Assembly (NCBI GenBank): GCA_013239625.1
Contig: MU053520.1
Location: 1-64,000, forward strand
From: Lama guanicoe
Lineage: Eukaryota
DNA: 64,000 nt
Direction of reading: 5' to 3'
The position numbers and the translations under genes were made by a program. Below, in pieces: positions 54,520 to 64,000 of this stretch (position 1 is the stretch's first letter; each line of letters starts with the position of its first letter). The notes under the pieces were generated by a model. That model made no database searches, had not been told where the DNA came from, and was given only the letters and a program-made list of their open reading frames with translations.

Positions 54520-54682
54520 GATGTGGTATGTGTAGAAATCAGATGGAGAGTTTCTTAATAATACAGACTTCCAGAGATTCAACCTCAGAGATTCTGATTC
54601 AACAAGTCTGAGCTGAATCTTAGGAACATTCTTTTTTAACAATCTCATCACATGGTTATGACACTTTGAAAAGCATGATCTA
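54520..54682. mobile_element. MER5A-like hAT-Charlie DNA transposon fossil
   Basis: cctcagagattctgattcaacaagtctgag...aggaacattcttttttaacaa...actttgaaaagcatg resembles the MER5A core. Confidence 0.6.
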
Positions 54683-55579
54683 ATGAGATGAATTATTTAC
54701 TCTTTCTGAATCCTCTCTTCTAATCTCAAGCAGACCAATGTTAAAAATATATTTAGAAATTGTGTAATAATAGGAAATGTGTTCACCTGAAGCTTTATGT
54801 GATCATAACAATCAAAGAGGAACAAAAGAAGCCAAGAAAATTAGAAAGATTAGATCAGGATTCTGCTGAAGGGGTGACATAATGGTGAAATTATAAATAA
54901 AGTGGAAACCAATGTCTGAGTATTTTGAATGCTCTAAAAGTTGTAAAGCATGTGAATCTGGGAAATTTAGGAAACCAATTTACAAATACAGTGCACATGG
55001 AAGAACACTTATTTTTATGCCAATATAATGGTAACAATTTCTTAAAATTGTCTTCTAAAGGAAGTAAAACAGCCAAAAGAGAAAAATGTGTTATAATTAA
55101 GTTATTTTGTATCAGTGATGCAGGCCCTGTACCTCACCTCAATGGCACACAGTAGTGAGGGGTGGTGTTCTCTAAATAGAACACTAATGAGTTTGCATAA
55201 AGGGAAATTCTGAACAAATACTACTATAGACAGAAAATTAGGTACTTAGTACATAAATGATATTTTAAACAGGTAGGTATTGTAAAAGGCATTGAATTTT
55301 TTTAAGGGAAAGTTTCTAGTAAAGTTCTAGTAAATGCAAGAGAAGACATTTTCCTTTAAAGTGAATAGTTAACAGTTGTAAAAGGACTTTCATGAACAAA
55401 TAGCAAATATATTGCTATCTCATTTTGTCTAGATTAAACTTGAAAAAATATACTTTCAAATATTTTGTGACTTTTTTGAACTATTTTCTTGATTTTGGCA
55501 AGCATCTCCAAATTTTATTGGAAAATATGCCTTTCTGGAAAAATTTACTTGTAGAGTTGTCATATTTAAGAGTTGAGAA

Positions 55580-58500
55580 GGGGAGTGGCCAAGATAGCAA
55601 AGTAGATGGATGCCATTAGCTCACACTTTCTCATGAATACACCAAGAGAGATATCCAAAGAACCATCCATTCACTCAGAACTTTGACAGGACATTGACTT
55701 CTTCAAAAGACAAAATTTATCACAAATCTGATAAGAGAAAAAAAAAGAAGAAAAAGGAAATTATTTCAAGACCAGTCACAGGGGAAGGGAGTGGCAAAGT
55801 AGGAATAGTGCTTTTATGCTGGGTCTCCCCCTCTCCAATGAAAAGGTCAGTAAAGATGGAGGGGGAACCTCTGAGACTCAGATCTGTGCAGAACAGCCCT
55901 TGACTAACAGAACTAAGTGAAATGGGCAAAAAGGATCCCTGAGACTCCTAGCCCTAGACACAAACTGGTGAGTGTGGGATTAGAAGGCTGCCTGAGCTGG
56001 GCTGAGGATGGAAGCCACTGGCACAGAGGCAACCTCAGGGTACTGGAGTTTGCTGTACACTGTGGCTGGGAGGTTATACAGAACAGAACAGCCTGGGTCC
56101 CTCATAAGACTAACAAACAAACAAACAAACAAACAAAACAGCAACAATGCTGGTGCATGCTGGGAGTAGGGACACCATAATCTTTGTCTCTGCAGATCCA
56201 TGACACAATTGCTGGTGTGTTCTTGGGAGAAGAGATATGGGGCTCAGTCAGAGCCACCATAGTCACCGGTGCAAAGCTCCCAGGCAGAGGTGGGATTGAA
56301 AACTGAATCTATAACCAGGGGTTCCACAGCCTTATAGGTAGGACTGAGATTTGCTTACAACACCAGGCAGATGGCATTGTTCTGCTCCACAGGTGCCTTT
56401 GTGGACCCATGTCTCCAAGACAAATGAGCAAGGAGCAGAGTTCTGGAACACAGCAGGGGTGAAGGCTGGTGCAGCCATATTCTGCTAGCCTGCCTACCAT
56501 GCATGAAAGTGGCATTGGGAGTGGCACTGATCTGTCCTCTAGAATGGAGTTTTTACACCCGGGTGAGGACATCAAAATCACAAAAAGTGGGAGAGGGGAG
56601 CAAGAGAATGTAGATTTTTTTTCTTTTCTTTTCTTTTCCTTTTTTTTAGAATGTGTTAAGCTAATATGAGTATCAGTTTAAAGCAAACAGATACAGTAAT
56701 GGGTTAATATACTTGAAAAATAGGGTAATCACAAATGAAAATCATATAATACAGTCACAAAAACCAAAAAGAAAACAAGATAATACAAAAGAAAATTATC
56801 AAAGCACAAAAAAAGGTAAAGAAAGGAACAAAGAGAAATACCAAATCAAGTGTAAAACAAGTTCAAATAGCAATAAACACACATCTATCAACAATTATTA
56901 TAAATATCAATGACCTAAATGTTTCAATCAAAAGACATAATGAGGCAGACTGGATATTAAACAATAAACTACAATATGCTACATACAAGAGACCCATTTT
57001 AGGGAGAAGAATGCACATAGATCAAAAGTGAGATGATGGAAAAAGATTTCATGCAAACAGAAATGACAAGAAAGCAGGAGTAGCCATACTGATTTCAGAT
57101 AAAATAGACTTTAAAACAAGATATAAAGATAAGGAAACTCACTATATAATAATCAAAGGTGCAATAGAAGATGAGGATATTACACTCATTAACATAAATG
57201 CAACCAGTATAGGAACAACTAAATACATAATGCAAATACTAAAAGATATCAAGGAAGAAATTGATGGGAACACAATCATAGTAGAATGTAACACTGCATT
57301 AACATCACTGGACAGTTCTTCCAGACAGAAAATTAATAAGGCAATAGTGGAACTAAATGATACAATAGAAAAATTAGATTTGGTTGCTATTTTCAGAACA
57401 TTACATTCTCCAAAAATAGAATATTCATTATTTTCAAGTGCACATGGGCCATGTTCTAGGATAGGTCATGTACTCAGGCACAAAAGAAGCCTCAACAAAT
57501 TTAAGAAGTTAGAAATAATTTTAAGCATCTTTTTCTGACCACAATGTCATGAAACTAGAAATCAACTACAAAAAAGAAAGAAGAAAAAAATAGGCATCAT
57601 GGAGATTAAACAACATGTTACTAAAAAAAAAAAAAGAGTCAATGAAGAAAACAAAGAAGAAATTAAAAAAAAATACTTTGAAACAAACAACAATGAAAAG
57701 ACAACCACACAAAATCCATAGGATGCAGCAAAAGTAGTCCTAAGGGGGAAATTCATAGTGATATAGGCCTTCTTCAAAAATGAAGAACAATCTCAAATAA
57801 ACAATCTAACCAACCAGCTGAAAGAATTAGAAAAAGAAGAGGAAGCAAAGCCAAAAGTCAGCAGAAGGAAAAGAAAATAGTAAAGAATAGGGAGATAATA
57901 AATGAAATAGAGATTAAAAATAGAAAAAAATCAATCAAACCAAAAGCTGTTTTTTTGAAATAGTAAACAAAATGGACAAACCTCTGGCAAGGCTCACCTA
58001 GAAGAAAAGAGAGAGAACATTAATAAACAAAATAAGATAGGAAAATGGAGAAATTAAAACCAATATCACAGAAGTACAAAATATCATAGGAGAATACTAT
58101 GAGCAATTATATGTAAAAAAATTGAATAACCTAGAAGAAATGGACAAGTTTCTGGAAACACATAGTCCTCCAAGACTGAATCAAGAAGAAATAGACCACT
58201 TGAATGGATTGATCACTCAAAATGGAATAGAGTTAGCAATAAAAAACCTCCCTGCAAACAAGAGTCCAGGACCAGATGGATTCACTGTGGAATTCTACCA
58301 AGCATACAAAAAAGAACTCATACCAGTTATTCTCAAACTCTTCCAAAAGATTAAAAAGGAGGGAATACTCCCAAACTCATTCTATGAAGCCACCATCACC
58401 CTGACAAGACAAAGACACTACCACAAAAAATAAATTACAGATCAATATCATTGATGAACATAGATGCAAAAATCCTCATCAAAATATTAGCAAACAGAAT

Positions 58501-60225
58501 CCATCAACACTTTAAAAAGATCATACACCATAATCAAGCTGGACTCATACCGGGGACACAAGGATGATTCAACATATGCAAATCAATATGGTACACCACA
58601 TCCACAAAAGAAAGGACAAAAATCACATGATCATCTCAATAGATGCAGAAATAAAATATGATAAAATTCAATACCCATTTATGATAAAAACTCACACTGA
58701 AATAGATATAGAGGGAACATATCTCAACATAATAAAAGCTATATATGACAAACCTACAGCCAGCATAGTAGTCAACAGTGAAAAACTGAAAACCTTCCCA
58801 CTAAAATGTGGGAAAAGACAAGGTTGTCCACTCTCACTACTTCTGTTCAACATAGTCTTGTAAGTCTGAGCCACAGCAATCAGGCAAGAAAAAGAAATAA
58901 AAGAGATCCAAATTGGAAAAGAAGTGGTAAAATTGTCACTATATGCACATGACATACTATATATAAGATGCTCTAAAAGTTCCACACAATAACTATTAGA
59001 ACTAGTTAAAAAAAAAAAGAAAAAAGAAAAGGGCAAGGTAGCAGGATACTAGATTAATATACAAAAATCAGTCACATTTCTTTACACTAACAATGAATCA
59101 ACAGGAAAAAGAGTAAAGAAACAATCCCATATAAAATTGAATTCAAAACAATAAGATACTTAGAAATAAATCTGACCAAGGGGGTGAACAACTTATACAT
59201 GGAAAACCACAAAACATTGATTAAGGAAATTAAAGAATTCAAGAAATGGAAAGATATCTCATGTTCTTGGATTGGAAGAATCAATATCATTAAAATGGCC
59301 ATACTGCCCAAGGCAATCTACAGATTTAATGTGTCCCCTATCAAATTACCCAGGACAGTTTTTGCAGAACTAGAACAAATGTTCCTAAAATTTATATGGA
59401 AACACAAAAGACCCAGAATTTCTAAGGCAATACTGAAGAAAAAGAATGAAGCTGGAAGAATAACACTTCCAGACTTCAGACAATATTACAGAGCTACAGT
59501 AATCAAAATAGCATATTATTGGCATAAAAATAGACGTATGAATCAATGTAATAGAATAGAGCCCAGAAAAAAATCCACAGACCTATGGTCAATTAATCTC
59601 AATAAAGGACATAAGAGTATACAAGGAGAAAAGACAATCTCTTCAGCAAGTGGTGCTAGGAAAACAGAATAGCAGCATGTAAATCAATGAAGTTAAAACA
59701 CTCTCTCATTCTATACACAAAAATAAACTCAAAATGACTTAAAAACTTAAATATAAGAAAGGACATGATAAATTTCTTAGAAGAAAACATAGGCAAAACA
59801 TTCTCTGACATAAATCTTAGCAATGTTCTCCTTGGGCATTCTACTCAAGCAATGGAAATAACAGGAAAGATAAACAAATGGAACCTAATTAAACTCATAA
59901 GCTTTTGCACAGCAAACGAAACCATAACCAAAACAAAATGACAACCAACAGAATGGCAGAATATTTTTGCAAATGATGTGACTGACAAAAGCTTGATCCC
60001 CAGAATATATAAACAGCTCAAGCAACTTAATAACAAAAAGCAAATGACCCAATCCAAAAGTGGGCAGAAGACCTAAAAAAGCAATTCTCCATTGAAAATA
60101 TGCAAATGGCTAATAAGAATATGAAAAAATGGTCAATATCACTAATTATCAGAGAAATACAAACCAAAACTGCAATGAGGTATCTCCTCACACCAGTCAG
60201 AGTGACCATCATTCAAAAGTCCACA
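55580..60225 (+). mobile_element. L1 'E', 5' part: 5'UTR (to ~56561) joined to inter-ORF spacer (ORF1 absent), decayed ORF2 from ~56867
   Basis: 5' motif ggccaagatagc. Spacer homologous to 18620-18920. ORF2 peptides [37 protein letters not shown]. Interrupted at cattcaaaagtccaca. Confidence 0.92.
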
Positions 60226-63200
60226 GGGTGCCGCTGCCCTGGGTCATCTTCCCATGGGCTGGCACCCAGGTGCAGAGCCCTAGACACCTGCCAGCAGGAC
60301 CCAGTGCCCACCCGTGTGGGCCTGGTGCCACAGCCGGGGGATGAGCCTGAGTCTGCTGCAAACTGCCAGGCTGGTCCTGTGGGTGGTGCCTGATGGGTTG
60401 GTCCTGGGGACTTCTCCCCTCTCTTCAGGTGCAGTCACCTTTCACTTGGGCCAGCTAATCACCACAGCCCAATGATGACAAGGCCTGACCCTTTCCGCCC
60501 AGAACCCAGAAAGAACACAGAGGGCAAGCTCCTGGCAGCTTCGTTGCTTTCACCACCACCACAGCAGCAACAGCTCCCAGGATCCACGGAGACACCAGCT
60601 CACCTCAGCTCTCCCCAGCTGCTGGCCCTCTGAGATGGCATCTAACAACAGTCAGCACCTGCATCTGGGCTTGGCTAACCAGATATTTTGTACCAGAAAT
60701 TTGGGATCTGAAACCATTGAGGTTGTGGGGACCTAGGATCCAGGAGGAATGGGAACCAGAGTCCCCGCCTCAGAGCAGCTATGCCAAAGAGGATCCACAA
60801 GTTTATTGCCCTGAAGACGCTAGAGGCACTGAGGCTGTGCAGGCTACAGACAAGAGCCCTGAAGACAATCAATCCCAAAACGAGCCAGGCTACAGCAGTC
60901 AGGAGGACACTGGGCAGCTGATGGCTTCCTATGAGGGTAAAGCTAAGAGCTACCAGGTACCTCCTTTATCTGGTCCATCTACCTGGCTCATGAGTTTACA
61001 GAGAAGAGGAAGCCCTTTAATGCCAATGTCATCTCCCTAAGCAACCTGAGAAAGCATTTGGGCATGGGCTTTTGGTGTTTGCAGTATTGGAAGACCAGGG
61101 TGGAGAAGAAGACACCTTTCTTTGACCTCATCAATTGCATGCCCCTAATCTATGGTTGTCCATTGGGTGGCACTGGGGGAGACACTATCACTCAATGCTG
61201 GAGAGGCCAGTTCTGTCATTGGCAGCTTAATCCTGGAATGTGCCAGCACCAGACAGTCATTGCTGATCAATTCACAGTGTCTTTGCATTGGAAAGGGCAG
61301 GCTATTGACCAGCAAGTGCTGTCTGTGGAGTGCTCAAGTGTCCTGCACAGCTGAAACTGGAGCATCTGTAGATACTTTGCATTCTACCACATCCTCTGTC
61401 CCCGAGTCTTGAATGTCTATCAGCTTTCTGGCCAGAATGTCACCCTCACCTGCCACCAGATCACACCCATCTTGCCCCAGGACTACCAGGACAGCAGCCT
61501 GCCTGTAGGAGTCTTTGTCTGGGATGTGAAAAATAAAGGGGATGAAGCCAGGGATGTGTCCATCATGTTCTCCATGTGGAATGAACTGGGAGGTGAAGAT
61601 GATGCTCCTGGGGGTTTGTGGAATGAGTCCTTCTATATGGAGCATGATGGGGAGACTGTACACCTACTGCATCATCCAACCCTTCCAGATCCCTACACAA
61701 TGGCTGTGACTGTACAACTCATGGCAGATACCATGGTAACCCACATCACAGCCTTTGATCCTGACAGCACCGGGCAGCAGTGTGGCAGGATCTACTTCAG
61801 GATGGGCAGCTGGACTCCTCTGCTGGCCAAAGACCCCCTTGCAGAAAGGAGGAGGCATCACTGGGGCTGTGGGTGTTACAGGCAAGCTGCCACCTAGAGG
61901 CTGGCACATCCTGGAGTTCTCACTGGCTTGGGACATACCCAGAATTCTGTTTGGAGCAAAAGGCCAGGTCCACTACAGGCAGTACATGAGGTTCTTTGGC
62001 CTTAATGGTGACACAGCACTCACCCTTAGCCACTGTGCACTGTGCACTGTGCTGATACACAGAGCCCAGAATTGGATGACAGATCTTTGCCTGCCTGGTA
62101 CAAATCTGCACTGTTCAATGAACTATATACCTTCTGGCTGATGGGGGCACAGTGGCTGGAAGTTCCTGAGACCTCACTACCAGAGGAGCTTGTAGGGAGC
62201 ATGTGTCAGCTGCACCCTATCCTATGGGAGTATGGTCGATTCAGCTACCTTGAAGTCCAAGAATATCGCAGGTACAACACATATAATGTCCACTTCTATG
62301 CTTCCTTTGCCCTTATGCTCTGGCCCAAACTTGAGCTCAGTCTGCAATATGACATGGCTCTGGCCACTCTCAGTGAGGACCTGACACAGCAATGGTACCT
62401 GATGAGTGGGATAATGGCACCTGTGAAAAGGAGGAACATCATCCCCCATGACATTGGGGACACAGATGATGAACCATGGCTCCGGGTCAATGTATATGTG
62501 GTCCATGATACTGCAGACAGGAAAAACCTAAACCTGAACTTTGTGTTGCAGCTTTATCAGGACTACTGCCTGATGGGTGACCAGAGCTTCCTGAGGGACA
62601 TGTGGCCTGTGAATCTGGCCGTGATGGAATCTGAAATGAAGTTTGACAAGGACCAAGATGGACTAATTGAGAATGGAGGCTATGCAGACCAAACCTATGA
62701 TGGATGGGTCACCACAGTCCCCAGTGCTTACTGTGGAGGATGGTGACTGGCAGCTGTGGCTGTGATGGTCTGGATGGCTGCTCTATGTGGGGCACCAGAT
62801 GTCCAGGATAAGTTTTCTTCTATCCTTAACCAGGGCCAAAAAGCCTCTGAAAGACCACTGTGGATTGGCCGCTATTACAATTATGACTGCAACTCTCAGC
62901 CTCAGTCCTTTAACATCATGTCTGACCAGTGTGCTGGCCAGTATTTCCTGAGGGCCAGTGGCCTAGGAGGAGACAGTGAGTTATTTTTTACCCAATACAT
63001 GGTCCAAGTTCTTCAAACTATCTTTGAGTTCAATGTCCAGGCCTTTGCAGAAGGGGCCATGGGGGCTATGAATGGGTGCAGCCCCATGGTGTTCCTGATA
63101 GATCCAGTGTCCAGTCTGAAGAAGTCTGAGTGGGTGTGGTCTATGGGCTGGCAGCCATCATCATCCAAGAGGGTCTAACCTGGGAGGGCTTCTAGACAGC

Positions 63201-63789
63201 CAAAGGCTGCTACTGTACTGTGTTGGAGCACCTGAGCCTGGCTTTCCAGACTCCTGAGGCATACTGCCAGCAGTGGATGTACCACTCACTGGCTTACATG
63301 CAGCCACAGAGCATCTGGGCCATTCAGCTGGCCCTACAGCAGCACCAGTATATAAAGGCCTCTAGGCCAAAAGCCAAACAGGGCACAGGACTAAGTGTGG
63401 GGCCCAAACTTGGACCAAAGGGAACCATGGCAAACCCATGGTGAACCCTCTGAACTGTGGAAAGGAGGTGCTAACAGCCCAGCCTCCAGGCTAGCATTTC
63501 CTCCTCCACCACCCCTACCCCACCCAGTCTCCTGCAGCCCTGAGCCACCAGAACAATCATGCCTTCCCTTCTCCCCACCCAAACACACCAGCAAAGATGG
63601 GTTGAGGGTGCCCCAAGCATGAGAATCACTTCTATCTTTCTTTCTTCACCCCATCCCCTCACTGAATGAATGCTCAAGGAGTTCCAGGTCCATTCACCCT
63701 GTGATTTATTCTCCCAGGCCCATTCATGATGTAGCAGACATACATGGATACAAATAAAAGACCCAGAAAACCAAAAAAAAAAAAAAAAA
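60226..63789 (+). pseudogene. GBA2: Processed pseudogene of non-lysosomal glucosylceramidase (GH116): ~500 nt 5'UTR, decayed CDS 60725-63444, 3'UTR, poly(A)
   Basis: Intronless colinear peptides [99 protein letters not shown]. Start GTG 60725 then TAG 60734; stops at 61352 and 62744; frameshifts. AATAAA 63753-63758, A17 at 63773-63789, TSD aa(a/g)agtccaca. Confidence 0.97.
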
Positions 63790-63798
63790 GAGTCCACA

Positions 63799-64000
63799 AA
63801 TGATAAATGCGGGAGAGGGTGTGGAGAAAAGGGAACCTTCCTACACTGCTGGTGGGAATGTATTTTGGTACAGCCATTATGGAAACCAGTATGGATATTC
63901 CTCAAAAGACTAAGCATAGACTTACCATATCATCCAGCAATCCCACTTCTGGATATATATCTGGAGGGAACTCTAATACAAAAAGATTCATGCACCCCAA
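63799..64000 (+). mobile_element. L1 'E' resumed (ORF2 Cys-rich C-terminus), runs off the window end
   Basis: After the TSD the sequence aatgataaatgc...gtggagaaaagggaaccttcctacactgctggtggg continues L1 ORF2 exactly from 60225. Confidence 0.93.

Noticed and set aside
62031..62051. (cactgtg)3 tandem, same as the RAG RSS heptamer
   Set aside because: Local duplication at a deletion in the pseudogene; no nonamer at 12/23 spacing seen.
60717..63444. GBA2-like ORFs as a functional gene
   Set aside because: Start codon is GTG followed by TAG, with several in-frame stops and frameshifts, no introns, and poly(A) plus TSD: a processed pseudogene.
1..64000. Prokaryotic-type systems (CRISPR, operons), tRNA/rRNA genes
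   Set aside because: The sequence is mammalian and repeat-rich; no repeat-spacer array or structured RNA gene was recognised.

Overview
AT-rich mammalian genomic DNA with no intact protein-coding gene that I can support. The L1 3' ends are cetartiodactyl-type and most resemble camelid L1; this is inference from recalled consensus and from the absence of bovid, suid or primate SINEs. Roughly half the window is LINE-1. Main features: (1) a 17.3 kb nested L1 stack at 12502-29822, containing a full-length 7.1 kb L1 with perfect 14-bp target-site duplications (TSDs); (2) a full-length processed pseudogene of GBA2 (60226-63789) with 5'UTR, poly(A) and TSD, inserted into ORF2 of an ORF1-less L1; (3) further truncated or chimeric L1s; (4) ancient MaLR, LTR16, MIR, L2 and MER5 debris. 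The best leads are retrotransposon biology: shared private mutations between neighbouring L1s, a conserved splice-acceptor-like tract upstream of ORF2, an antisense ORF0-like frame, ORF1-less L1s, and a possibly co-mobilised L1 chimera. I see no evidence of a new gene system. Repeat family names are assigned by eye and need RepeatMasker/Dfam confirmation.
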